From assembly GCA_963767275.1 (NCBI GenBank), contig CAVYDL010000001.1, positions 257,393-321,392 of the forward strand: DNA of 64,000 bases, given 5' to 3'. A program made the position numbers and the translations under genes. How positions within the stretch are numbered: the first letter of the stretch is position 1; each line of letters starts with the position of its first letter. Positions 19,570 to 29,168 of this stretch are shown here, piece by piece. Source of the stretch: an uncultured delta proteobacterium. Lineage in GTDB: Bacteria; Desulfobacterota; Binatia; UBA9968. Below the pieces are notes generated by a model. It saw only the letters and a list, made by a program, of their open reading frames with translations. It was not told the DNA's origin and searched no databases.

Positions 19570-20572
19570 ATGAAATTCGGCATCTTCATTTTCGGCGACA
19601 ATCATCCTGAGCTCGGCCGCTCCAATCAAAAATATTACGAAGAAGTATTGACCATGGCCGAGTGGGCCGAGGAGTTGGGCTTCGACTCGTTCTGGTTGGG
19701 CGAGCATCATCTTTACTGGTACGGCACCTGCGTTTCGCCGCCGATGATCATCGCCGCCCTCGGACAGCGCACCAAACGCATTCGCTTGGGCCCGGCCATC
19801 GCCGTGCCGTCATTTCACAACCCGCTCATCGTCGCCGAAGAGTACGCCCTGGCCGACAACCTGTGCAACGGCCGTTTGGAGTTCGCCCTCGGCAGCGGTT
19901 TCTCGCCGGTGGAGTTTCAACAGTTCGGCATGGGCGTGGAGGAAGCCAAAGAAAAGTTCTGGGAAGGCACCGAGATCATCTTCAAAGCCTGGCAAGGCGA
20001 GACATTTTCCTACCATGGCAAGCATTACAACTTCGATAACATCTCGCTTTACATGCAGCCGCTGCAAAAGCCGATGCCGCCGACCTGGCTCGCCGCCTCC
20101 AGCGACGAGACCCTGATCAAAGCCGGCGCGATGGGCCTGCCGATGATGGGCATCCCGTTCGCGCGCTCGCATGATCTCGCCGACGTAAAGGTGAAAAACG
20201 ATCTCTACACCGGAGCGTTTGCCAAGGCGGGCCACAAGAACACGCCGGAGATCATGGTCGCCATGCATTTTTATCTGCACGACAACGAACAAGCCGCCGT
20301 CGACGGCGCACGGCCTTATTTCGAGCGCGCGATTTCGTTTCACCCGACCCACCGCCGCCCCGGTTCGAAGATTCCGCAATTCGACAACATCAAGCAACAA
20401 CGCACTGGCGCTGTTCACGACGCCGGAAGATACCGTTGCCATCCTGCGCGAATACGAAAAGACCGGCGTCACCCATGTCATCGCCATGGTCAACTTCGGC
20501 GGCGTGCCGATGGGCGACGTGCGACGCACCCTGGAGCTAATGTCGAAGGAAGTCTTGCCGAAGTTTAAATAG
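19570..20572 (+). CDS. LLM-class (luciferase-like) flavin-dependent oxidoreductase; apparent frameshift near 20395-20410.
   Basis: MKFGIFIFGDNHP...FDSFWLGEHH...RIRLGPAIAVPSFHNPL, then continues in a second frame ...ALALFTTPEDTVAILREYEKTGVTHVIAMVNFGGVPMGDVRRTLELMSKEVLPKF. Confidence 0.7.
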
Positions 20573-20620
20573 ATCGCTGCCGGTGTCCTCGTCCGCCTCG
20601 CCCCGGCAACTGCGGCAGCC

Positions 20621-21151
20621 TTGTCGAAAATCGTTGCCGTAACTGGTAAATCATTAGAGTCGCTTACAGTAGCGGCCGGGAAGAAACTATGCGGACTCGA
20701 CAAACACTGCATCGGCGCAATCATCGGCTTGGCAATTATGCTGGCGCCGTCACCGTCGCTCCATGCCAACGAGCCCTCGCCCGTGGGCCTATGGAAAACC
20801 ATCGACGATAGTTCGGGCCAGCCCAAGGGTTTGGTGCGCATTCGCGAAGCGAACGGCCGGTTTGAGGGCAAGATCGAACAGATCTTTCCCAAGCCGGGCG
20901 AAGATCCGGCACCCAAGTGCGATAAGTGCGATGGCGCGAGGAAAAACCAGCCGGTCCTCGGCATGACGATACTCTGGGGCCTAACCAAACAGGCCGCCGA
21001 CTACCAAGGCGGCGAGATTCTCGACCCGGAGAACGGCAAAATTTACCGCGCCAAGATGACACTGCTCGACGGCGGCAAGAAGCTCGAAGTGCGCGGCTTC
21101 ATCGGCGTGTCGCTATTTGGCCGCAGCCAAATCTGGCTGCGGGAAGAATAA
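20621..21151 (+). CDS. DUF2147 domain protein (secreted); the true start is probably internal, near the signal peptide IGAIIGLAIMLAPSPSLHA.
   Basis: GLWKTIDDSSGQPKGLVRI...GKIEQIF...CDKCDGARKNQPVLGMTILWGL...GGEILDPENGKIYRAKMTLLDGGKKLEVRGFIG...SQIWLR matches DUF2147 along its full length. Confidence 0.8.
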   Translation: MSKIVAVTGKSLESLTVAAGKKLCGLDKHCIGAIIGLAIMLAPSPSLHANEPSPVGLWKTIDDSSGQPKGLVRIREANGRFEGKIEQIFPKPGEDPAPKCDKCDGARKNQPVLGMTILWGLTKQAADYQGGEILDPENGKIYRAKMTLLDGGKKLEVRGFIGVSLFGRSQIWLREE

Positions 21152-21200
21152 ACCATTGGCGCTTTTTTGGATTTACCTGTTAGAAAATTAGGACCCAGCC

Positions 21201-22659
21201 ATGACCGAAGTTTATTTTCAAGACACCACCATCCGCGACGGCGCGCAAAGCCTGTGGGCATACAATATCCGCACCGGGATGATGGCGCCGATCTGCGCCC
21301 AACTCGACGAGGCCGGCTTCGAAGCCATCGAACTCGGCGGTCCCATCGAAATGCCCAAGTGCGTCAAAGAACTGCGCGAAGATCCCTGGGAGCGCTACCG
21401 TCTGATTATTCCCAAATTCAAACGCACGCCGTTGCGCTTGGTGCATGGCTCACGCAGCGGCTTTGCCATTTATCCGGACGCCTTGCATCAACTCTTCGAT
21501 ACCTGCATGGCCAACGTCGGCGTCAGCGAAGTGCGCATCTCGGATTCATGGAACGATGCCGCGGATTGGGCCTGGCGCGTCAAACAGGCCAAGCACGCCG
21601 GCTTGAAACCGATTATCAATTTGATCTACACCGTGTCGCCGCGCCACACCGACGAATATTACGCCGCGAAAATTCACGAAGCCAAAGCCCTCGACGTCTA
21701 CCGGATCATATTCAAGGACCCCGGCGGGATCTTGACGCCGGAGCGCACCAGGACCGCGGTGCCGGCGATCCTCAAAGCCGCCGGCGATATGACGGTGGAG
21801 CTGCACACCCACTGCACCACCGGCCTCGGCACGCTGTGCTGCCTGGAGGCGATCAAAGCCGGCATGGTGCATATCAACACGGCGATTCCGCCGCTCGCCG
21901 ATGGCTCGGGAAATCCTTCCCTGTTCAATGTCGCCATGAACGCGCGCGCTCTGGGTTATAAAACCATGATCGACGAAGCGCCGCTGCGCGAAGCTTCCAA
22001 GTTTCTCACCGCCTGCGCCAGACAAGACAATCTGCCCATCGGCAAAACGCCCGAATACGACTACGCGCAGTACGTCCATCAAATCCCCGGCGGCATGATT
22101 TCCAACCTGCGCCATCAATTGAGCCGCGTCGGCATGGACGACAAGATCGCTCAGACTTTAGAGGAAGCCGCCCAGGTGCGCGCCGATTTCGGTTATCCGA
22201 TCATGGTCACGCCGCTGTCGCAGTTCGTCGGCAGCCAAGCCGCCATCAATGTAATTGTCGGCGAGCGTTACAAACAGGTCACCGATCAGACCATCGAATA
22301 CGCCATGGGCATCTGGGGCAAGGAAGGCGCCGCAGTTCATGGACCAGAACGTCAAAGAAAAAATACTCAATCGCCCGCGCGCCAAAGAGATCGCCGGCCG
22401 CCCCCACCCCACCGACACCCTTGAGGAGCTGCGCAAAAAGTATGGCGGCAAGGACGACGAAGAACTCTTGTTGCGATTTTTTTCCAGCAAAGAGGACGTC
22501 GACCGCATGTATGCCGCCGGCCCGGCGCGGACCTATTCCAGCGGCAGTAATCCGCTGGTCAATCTCGTCGGCGAGTTGTCGAAACAAAAAGACCGCTCTA
22601 GCGTGTTCATTCAACGCCCCGGCTTAACCTTGCGCATGCAACGGCGCAGCGCAGCCTGA
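21201..22659 (+). CDS. Carboxyltransferase-domain protein (pyruvate carboxylase subunit B / oxaloacetate decarboxylase alpha / transcarboxylase 5S-like, no biotinyl domain); apparent frameshift near 22320-22340.
   Basis: FQDTTIRDGAQSL (HMGL-like) ... VELHTHCTTGLGTLCCLEAIKAGMVHINTAI (PYC_OADA), then the frame shifts to ...KEKILNRPRAKEIAGRPHPTD... Confidence 0.7.
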
Positions 22660-22680
22660 TCTAGACAACTGCAACCCCTG

Positions 22681-22766
22681 GAACGACCGGAACCCAAGCC
22701 GACGTCTTGAACGATTTGAACGGAGCAAAGCGGTTGAACGGCTTGAACGCGTTTTGCAATTCGAGG
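22681..22766. repeat. TTGAAC tandem hexamer repeat.
   Basis: cttgaacgatttgaacggagcaaagcggttgaacggcttgaacgcg. Confidence 0.65.
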
Positions 22767-22771
22767 TACTC

Positions 22772-23301
22772 ATGGCACGCGTATCGTTAATCGGCGAAGC
22801 CGATCATCCCGAGCTCGCCGACAGTCTATCGCCAAAATCAAAGGCGCCCGCGGCGGGCGGCTGATCAACGTCTATCGCTTGATGCTGCATAGTCCGACGC
22901 TGGCCAATGCCTGGTTCGAATTCAATCAAGCCGTGCGCTACGGCACCGAGATCGACGGCCAGTGCCGCGAGATCGCGGTCATTCGCGTGGCGCTATTGAA
23001 CAATGTCGAGTACGTCCAACGCGCCCATGGACCGGCCTACGCACTGAAAGAAGGCTTGACGCCCGAGCAGGTCACCGCCATTGCCGACTGGCAACCGTCG
23101 AAGCTATTCAACGACAAGCAGCGCGCCCTGCTTGCCTACACCGACGCCATGACGCGCGAAATCGAGGTACCGGACAGCCTGTTCGCCGAAGTGCGCCAAC
23201 ACTTCAACGAACGCCAAACCGTCGAACTGACCATGCTCATCGGTACCTACAACATGTTCACAAGAGTTTTACAGGCACTGAGAATCGACCCGGAACCCTG
23301 A
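22772..23301 (+). CDS. Carboxymuconolactone decarboxylase (AhpD-like) family protein; apparent 1-nt deletion near 22822.
   Basis: MARVSLIGEADHPELAD, then after a frame change SIAKIKGARGGRLINVYRLMLHSPTLANAWFEF...REIAVIRVALLNNVEYVQRAH (CMD family). RBS gaggt upstream of the ATG at 22772. Confidence 0.65.
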
Positions 23302-23304
23302 GCA

Positions 23305-23390
23305 TTCGTTCAAGGTTCAAAAGTTCAACGTTCAAGGCCAGAAACAGGAATTCAACGTTGAACTTTTGAACCGTTGAACTGTTGAACGAA
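23305..23390. repeat. GTTCAA/TTGAAC repeat, an imperfect long palindrome.
   Basis: cgttcaaggttcaaaagttcaacgttcaagg ... gaattcaacgttgaacttttgaaccgttgaactgttgaacg. Confidence 0.7.
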
Positions 23391-23394
23391 ATTT

Positions 23395-24473
23395 ATGATT
23401 AAATTCGTCGTCGAAAACGACACCTTCCTGCGCTTGATTCAAGTCGTCCTCGATCCGTCGGCATCCGCAGAACGAATGGAAGCCTTCGCGCACTTTTGCT
23501 TGCACGATTTGCCGGATTTCCGCGGCTGGTGCGACAAAATCCGCGCCCAGGCGGAAAATCTTTTTCCCGCCGATGTTCGCCTGGTCGACAGCCAGGACGA
23601 GTTATTGACGCATTTGCCCAACGCCACGGTCGCCGTCGTTGAAGAGCTTTCTTTCGGAGCGCAAGAAGTTGCCGCGCGCGGGCAAGAACCTCCGATTCGT
23701 TCAGAAGTACGGCTTCACGACGCGCAACATCGACCAAGCCGCTTGTGACCGCGCCGGTGCAAAGGTGTTAACCATCCGCCGCCGGGCAAACATCTCGACC
23801 GCGGAACAAGGCTTGATGCTCATGCTCGCGCTGGCGCGCCAAGTGACGCAGAACGCCAATCTGATTAGCAACGAACAACTCAGCAATGCCGGCTACCAGC
23901 CGACGACCTACAATCGCCGGCACACGCCCAACGGCAACTGGGCGCGCATCCCCGGCATGGTTACGCTTTATCACGCGCCAACTCGGCATCGTCGGTCTCG
24001 GCGAGATCGGCAGGGAACTGGCTTTGCGCGCCATCGCCCTCGGCATGCGCATCGTCTATCATCAGCGCACGCGCTTGCCCGCAGCAGTCGAAGAGCAATA
24101 TCAGGCGACGTACGTGAGCCTAGACGAACTGCTTGCCGGCTCGGACTTCATCAGCCTGCACTTGCCGCGCAGTCCGGCGACCGTCAACTTCATCGGTGCA
24201 GATGAGTTATCGGTCGTCAAGCCCGGCGCATTCCTAATCAACGTCTCGCAACCGAACTTGGTCGAACGCCACGCACTGCAACGCGCCCTGGAATCGCGCC
24301 GTCTCGCCGGATTCGGTCTCGACACGTTCTACGAAGAACCGGGCGACGCCAACGACCCGCTGATCCAATTCCCCAACGTCATCGTCACCCCCCACATGGG
24401 CGGGTCACCGCGCTGGAACTCGCTCGACGACATCGAGGAAGTGATCGTCAACCTCGGCCGCTTGCTCGCCTGA
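23395..24473 (+). CDS. D-isomer-specific 2-hydroxyacid dehydrogenase (NAD-binding); two apparent frameshifts (near 23650-23700 and 23940-23960).
   Basis: Three collinear frames. The last carries GIVGLGEIGRELALRA (Rossmann) ... FISLHLPRSPATVNFIG ... NVIVTPHMGG. Confidence 0.65.
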
Positions 24474-24479
24474 GAGTGT

Positions 24480-24620
24480 GTGAAAATCCATTCATGCTTC
24501 GAACCTTTGACATTGCTCAGGACAGCACGAACGGCAAATTTGTCAATGTTATCAATGCAATTTCCGTTCGCCCTGAGCTTAGTCGAAGGGCGAGTCAGAT
24601 TGTTTTACACACTCTGAGTG
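24480..24620. repeat. MITE/REP-like palindromic element of about 130 bp.
   Basis: Terminal inverted repeat gagtgtgtgaaaa ... ttttacacactc; internal arms gctcaggacagcacgaacggcaaatt / aatttccgttcgccctgagc; shares ccgttcg(c/t)cctgagc..gtcgaagg and cagattgt cores with 40500-40565 and 42785-42860. Confidence 0.6.
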
Positions 24621-24630
24621 AATTGCGAAG

Positions 24631-25410
24631 TTAGATTTTCTCGCTCGATTCGGGCGGCGCTTGCCGCTCAGCACGAACGATTTCAATCACCGCGAGCAGC
24701 GCCTGCCGCGGCGATACTTGCGGCTCATCTGAGAACTGCCCATCGGCGCCACAGCTCACGGTGAATTCAACATGGGAGTCGTCGTCGACCGCCACATGCC
24801 AGCGCAGCGAGTTTTCTCTGCCGGAGGCAATGGCGTGAGCGGTCAGCATATTGGGCATGATGAACTTGGCACCGCCGGCGGGTGGTTGTTCACCGTCGGC
24901 AATCCCTCGCAGGTAATTTTCCGCGCGCAACACTTTCGTCGGCGGACGCCCCGCCGGTTGCTCGGCGAGACATTTATAGGGCGGCAGCGCCGGCGGCTCG
25001 CCCGGCCCCATGTAAACAAAAATTATTCCGCCCGCTTCGACACAAGGATAAGACGGCTGGCCGACATCCCAGCGCCGTTCTTTCTCCGGCAGCCAGTCGC
25101 CGCGCAGCAGCACCTTGCCGCAGGTGTCGAATAGCCAGCCGTGATACATGCAGCGCAAACCGTCCGGCTCGACCCGGCCGTATATCATATCGACGCCCTG
25201 ATGCGCGCAGTAGCGCCCGATCAAAGCCGGCTTGCCCGTGCCGTCGCGAAAGAGAATCAACTCCTCGCCGAACAGTTGCACCGGGAACGGCTTGTCCGCC
25301 GGCACATCCTCCGACAACGCCGCCGGCTGCCAATAACGCCGCATCAGCGCGCCGCAAGGCGTGCCCTTGCCGGTCTGTGTCAGTAAATTATTTTCTTCTT
25401 CAGTCATCAT
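24631..25410 (-). CDS. Rieske [2Fe-2S] domain protein (ring-hydroxylating oxygenase alpha-subunit N-terminal type); short, and the catalytic domain is not evident.
   Basis: CAHQGVDM...CMYHGWLF Rieske CxH...CxxH pair; only 259 aa. Confidence 0.55.
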   Translation of the reverse strand: MMTEEENNLLTQTGKGTPCGALMRRYWQPAALSEDVPADKPFPVQLFGEELILFRDGTGKPALIGRYCAHQGVDMIYGRVEPDGLRCMYHGWLFDTCGKVLLRGDWLPEKERRWDVGQPSYPCVEAGGIIFVYMGPGEPPALPPYKCLAEQPAGRPPTKVLRAENYLRGIADGEQPPAGGAKFIMPNMLTAHAIASGRENSLRWHVAVDDDSHVEFTVSCGADGQFSDEPQVSPRQALLAVIEIVRAERQAPPESSEKI

Positions 25411-25608
25411 GAACCAAAAATCGATTCACCGCGGATTATCCAGCGCCGATGATAATCGATCGCATGGCGTAGTTCTTACCTTGGGCATCTGTCCGCCATC
25501 ATAAACACGATCGCGCCGGGATGCCAATTGTCCACGCACGCACCGTGATTGACAGCAAAAACAGCCAGACCTATAGTCCGCGGCATCTTTAGGTGTCAGG
25601 AGTACCTC

Positions 25609-26595
25609 ATGGATCGAATCGTTCCCATGATCCTATCTCTAATTATCTGCGCAACGCTGACAAGCGTCGCCACCGCTCAAGAGCGCATGCGCATCGCCTG
25701 GGCCGGCAGCACGCCGTCGAACACGCCGATCTGGGTCGCCGACCAGAAAGGGTTTTTCAAACGAAACGGCCTCAACGCCGAGGTCATCAGCATCAGCGCC
25801 AGCACGATCGTCATCCAAGCGCTGCTCACCGGCGAAGTCGATTTCATCGTCGCTCCGTCGGCGACGTTGGTTACTTCTAAACTCGCCGGCGCCGATACCG
25901 TGATGGTATCGACTAATCTGCCGCTGTTCATCGACCACATCGTTTCTCTGGGCAGCATTACGACCATCGAGCAGCTCAAGGGTAAATTCGGCGGGGTCAA
26001 CCGCTTAGGCACGACCTCCGACATGACGCTCCGGCTCGCCCTGCGCCGCTTGGGAGTGGACCCGGAGAAGGAAACCAAAATCATCGCCACGGGAGAAAAT
26101 CCCCAACGGCTCGCCGCCCTGGCCAACAACATCACCCAGTTCACGCTCTTGGGCGAACCGCTGGTGCGCGAAGCCGAAAGGCTCGGCTTTCGCGATCTAT
26201 TCGACATCGGCACGTTGAAGATTCCCTACCACGTCAACGCCATCGTCACCCGGGAAAAGACCGTCAAAGAGCGCCGGCCGCTGGTGCAAAAAGTCGTGCG
26301 CGCCTTCACCGAAGCGCTGCACTACATTAAGACCAACAAAGAGGACACCAAAGCGCTGATCGGCAAAAATCTCAAAACCAAAGACCCCGAAGGACTCGAG
26401 CGCGCCTACAAAGCCTACAACGGCGCCTTTCCCGAAGTTCCTTATCCCCACGCCGAAGGGGTCAAAACCCTGCTCGACGATATCGCCCCGCGCGACAAAA
26501 AAGCCGCTGCCGCCGATCCGAAGAGTTTTGTCGATATGAGCTTGGTGCAGGAATTGGAAGCGTCGGGATTTATCAAGCAGCTGTATAAAAGATGA
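25609..26595 (+). CDS. NMT1/THI5-like (NitT/TauT-family) ABC substrate-binding protein, orphan.
   Basis: Signal peptide, then RIAWAGSTPSNTPIWVADQKGFFKRNGLNAEVISISA... is the typical NMT1-like SBP pattern; about 330 aa. Confidence 0.7.
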   Translation: MDRIVPMILSLIICATLTSVATAQERMRIAWAGSTPSNTPIWVADQKGFFKRNGLNAEVISISASTIVIQALLTGEVDFIVAPSATLVTSKLAGADTVMVSTNLPLFIDHIVSLGSITTIEQLKGKFGGVNRLGTTSDMTLRLALRRLGVDPEKETKIIATGENPQRLAALANNITQFTLLGEPLVREAERLGFRDLFDIGTLKIPYHVNAIVTREKTVKERRPLVQKVVRAFTEALHYIKTNKEDTKALIGKNLKTKDPEGLERAYKAYNGAFPEVPYPHAEGVKTLLDDIAPRDKKAAAADPKSFVDMSLVQELEASGFIKQLYKR

Positions 26596-26637
26596 CCAAG
26601 AAATTTTGCTCAATGCACCAACGTCAATCGAAAAACC

Positions 26638-26907
26638 ATGCCTGAGATTTCTCGATTCTTTGGGATTGTCATCCGCATGTTCGTCGAGGCAGGCGGGCCG
26701 CATCACACGCCGCACTTTCACGCGTATTATCAGGACCTTGTTGCGATTTACGATATCACAAAGATCGAGCTATTGGCGGGCGCAATGCCGAGGCGGCAAG
26801 AACGGCTCGTTTTGGCTTGGGCCGAGCTTCACCAAGAGGAGTTACGGGCGAATTGGCAGACATTGCAACAGGGCCAAGCTGCGATTAAGATTGAGCCATT
26901 AAAGTAG
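26638..26907 (+). CDS. DUF4160 domain protein.
   Basis: MPEISRFFGIVIRMFVEAGGPHHTPHFHAYYQ...AWAELHQEEL matches DUF4160 along its length. Confidence 0.8.
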   Translation: MPEISRFFGIVIRMFVEAGGPHHTPHFHAYYQDLVAIYDITKIELLAGAMPRRQERLVLAWAELHQEELRANWQTLQQGQAAIKIEPLK

Positions 26908-26917
26908 AATATCATCC

Positions 26918-27235
26918 ATGACCCACCAAATTCATCGCGTTGTATCGTTTCAGAAAATCCCGCCATTCACTTTACGCGTCCAATTCGATGACGGCACATC
27001 CCAAATCGTAGATTTTCAACCCGTTCTGAAGGGGGAAGTTTACGGACCATTGCGAGATACCGCGGTTTTCGACCAAGTCAGCATCGATCCCGAAGCGCAC
27101 ACGCTCGTCTGGCCCAACGGCGCGGATTTCGATCCGGCGATTTTGCACAACTGGCCCGAATCCGGCCCGGAGCTCGAAGCCTTAGCCAACACCTGGAAGC
27201 CTCAGAACCATCGCGCAGCCGGAATTCCGACGTAA
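26918..27235 (+). CDS. DUF2442 domain protein (the usual partner of DUF4160).
   Basis: FTLRVQFDDGTSQIVDF...VWPNGADFDP; adjacent, 10-bp gap after the DUF4160 gene. Confidence 0.75.
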   Translation: MTHQIHRVVSFQKIPPFTLRVQFDDGTSQIVDFQPVLKGEVYGPLRDTAVFDQVSIDPEAHTLVWPNGADFDPAILHNWPESGPELEALANTWKPQNHRAAGIPT

Positions 27236-27254
27236 GTTACGAAGAAGCAGTTCT

Positions 27255-27360
27255 GTGCGCCAATAAAGCCGGCGCCGCTAACCAGACGATGTTCGTCGAC
27301 TTGAGCGAGGTGCAAGAACTGGCAGCATCGGGGTTTATCAAGCAGCTTTATAAAAGATGA
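27255..27360 (+). repeat. Roughly 105-bp imperfect direct repeat of the 3' end of the SBP gene at 26490-26595 (a gene-end remnant).
   Basis: gtcgacttgagcgaggtgcaagaactggcagcatcggggtttatcaagcagctttataaaagatga versus gtcgatatgagcttggtgcaggaattggaagcgtcgggatttatcaagcagctgtataaaagatga, with upstream aaagccg..gccg similarity. Confidence 0.75.
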
Positions 27361-27427
27361 CTCGTTCGAGACTTATGCAGGTATATGGTGAAATACAGGT
27401 TAATATTATCGATGGTGAAGTGGCTGA

Positions 27428-27836
27428 ATGGACATCACACTGGCAACAAATACCGACAATCCGATTCTCCAGTTTCGGAACGTGAGTCGTTCCTCGGGTG
27501 GTTCCGGATACGGAGCAGAGCTGCTTGTTCGATCTAGAGACTTCAGCGTGGAGTTCCCGTTTTACTTTGAGGTCGAACCTATGCGGGAGTTTATTGCTAA
27601 CCTGGACGAAATGGACAAGAACCTTGAAGGGGAAGGCTGTACTAAACCCAATGTATGAAGATGATTTTATCGAATTTGAGATAGACGAAAGTACCGGGCA
27701 TGTCGAAGTCCGCGGCGAAATATTCGAGCATTCTGAAATGCCACAGAGTTTGACGTTTGCGTTCCAAACAGATCAAACCTGTTTGGCTCCCCTGGTCCAA
27801 GAGCTAAAGAAATGGCAACAAATGGCCGCCAGTTAA
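27428..27836 (+). CDS. Hypothetical protein in an AT-richer islet (about 48% GC); apparent frameshift near 27630-27650.
   Basis: Two overlapping frames (27428-27658, 27498-27836) that join into one protein of about 135 aa; no recognisable domain. Confidence 0.4.
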
Positions 27837-27978
27837 CTATGCCTTTCAGCGGGCGACCAGCCGGTCGCCCTCTACAAATCCGAATTTTATCTTTGCGCCC
27901 TTTGCGTTCTTTGCGGCTAAGTCTTCCGGGTCCGAATTTTGTGACTTTTGTGCTCTTTGTGGTTAAATCATCCGACTC

Positions 27979-29079
27979 TTAATTCAGCCCGTAAAACACC
28001 CGCGGATTATCTTCGACGATTTTCTTGTGCATGCCCGCGCTGATGCCGCCGTCGTCTTTCAGCGTCGTCAAAGCATCTAATTCGGTTGACGAATCGGCAT
28101 GGCCGTAGTCGGTGCCGATCATCAAAGTATTCTCACCCATGCAGCTCTTGATCAGATACGGCACGTCGTCGCCGATCTGGCAGGTGACGAAGATGCCGGA
28201 CTGCTCCAACAGATCGTTGGGCAGTTTTTTATTCACCGTGTCCAAGCGCCGGCGCAGCTCGTAGATCACCCAGGGCACCCAGGAGGCCGCGGTTTCGATA
28301 AAGCCGAAGCGCAGCTTGGGGAACTTCTGCGGAATGCCGCAATTGAGGATGCGGAACATCGCCCCGACATTGAAAATCCGATACTGGTTGAAAAAATCGC
28401 GGCTGCCATCCGGGTTGACCATCATGTCGACCGCCGCGGCGCTGCCGTTGGCCTGATGCAGGCCGATGCAGAAATTCAGTTTCTCGGCTAATTCGTACAT
28501 CGGAAAGAAGTAAGGATCGCTGATCTGCCGCGCGCCTTCGAGGGGGCGCATGAACACGCCGCAGCCGCCGTTTTCCTTGGCGAATTTTAATTGATCCAGC
28601 GCATCCGGCATGCTCAAGAGCGGCAAGGTCGCCATCCAGCGCAGCCGCCCATTGCTCTGCTTCCAAACATCCGCCATCCAGCGGTTGTAGGCGCCGCACA
28701 ACGCCACTTCGGTATCGGCGCGCTCGGTGACCTGATCGAGAAAGATACTGGTGTAGAGCACCTGGAGATCGATTCCCAGCTCGTCCATATGCCGGATCCG
28801 TCCCGACACGTCGGCGAGATCGCGGGTCGCCATGGTCGTCGACACGTCGCGGCCGAGTTCGGCGGACTTCTTGTCGAGATCGTCTTTGCTGAAGGTAAAG
28901 CGAAACAGACCGCGAATCTTGCCGTCGATCACCCAATGGGCTTTCTGATTGTCGTCTTCCGGCTTGAATAGCTGGGGGCGAAACTTTTTTTCCGATGGCG
29001 TCAAATAATCCCAAGTCAGCGGACTTTCGACGACATGCGCGTCAGCGTCTACCCATCCCATAACGATTTCCTCCGTCAA
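27979..29079 (-). CDS. Amidohydrolase-2 family (TIM-barrel metal-dependent hydrolase, ACMSD-like).
   Basis: WVDADAHVVES ... FMRP ... IGTDYGHAD conserved His/Asp ligand positions typical of PF04909. Confidence 0.7.
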   Translation of the reverse strand: MTEEIVMGWVDADAHVVESPLTWDYLTPSEKKFRPQLFKPEDDNQKAHWVIDGKIRGLFRFTFSKDDLDKKSAELGRDVSTTMATRDLADVSGRIRHMDELGIDLQVLYTSIFLDQVTERADTEVALCGAYNRWMADVWKQSNGRLRWMATLPLLSMPDALDQLKFAKENGGCGVFMRPLEGARQISDPYFFPMYELAEKLNFCIGLHQANGSAAAVDMMVNPDGSRDFFNQYRIFNVGAMFRILNCGIPQKFPKLRFGFIETAASWVPWVIYELRRRLDTVNKKLPNDLLEQSGIFVTCQIGDDVPYLIKSCMGENTLMIGTDYGHADSSTELDALTTLKDDGGISAGMHKKIVEDNPRVFYGLN

Positions 29080-29168
29080 TCCATTTTGGATTTTTGATTT
29101 TCAATTTCCGGACGGGCGAAACATGTTTCGCCCCTACTAATATCTGTTGCCTAATGCCTATTGCCTGC

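Noticed and set aside
19810-20988. 392-aa minus-strand ORF
   Set aside because: It lies antisense to the LLM oxidoreductase and DUF2147 genes, crosses their intergenic spacer, and has no recognisable domains.
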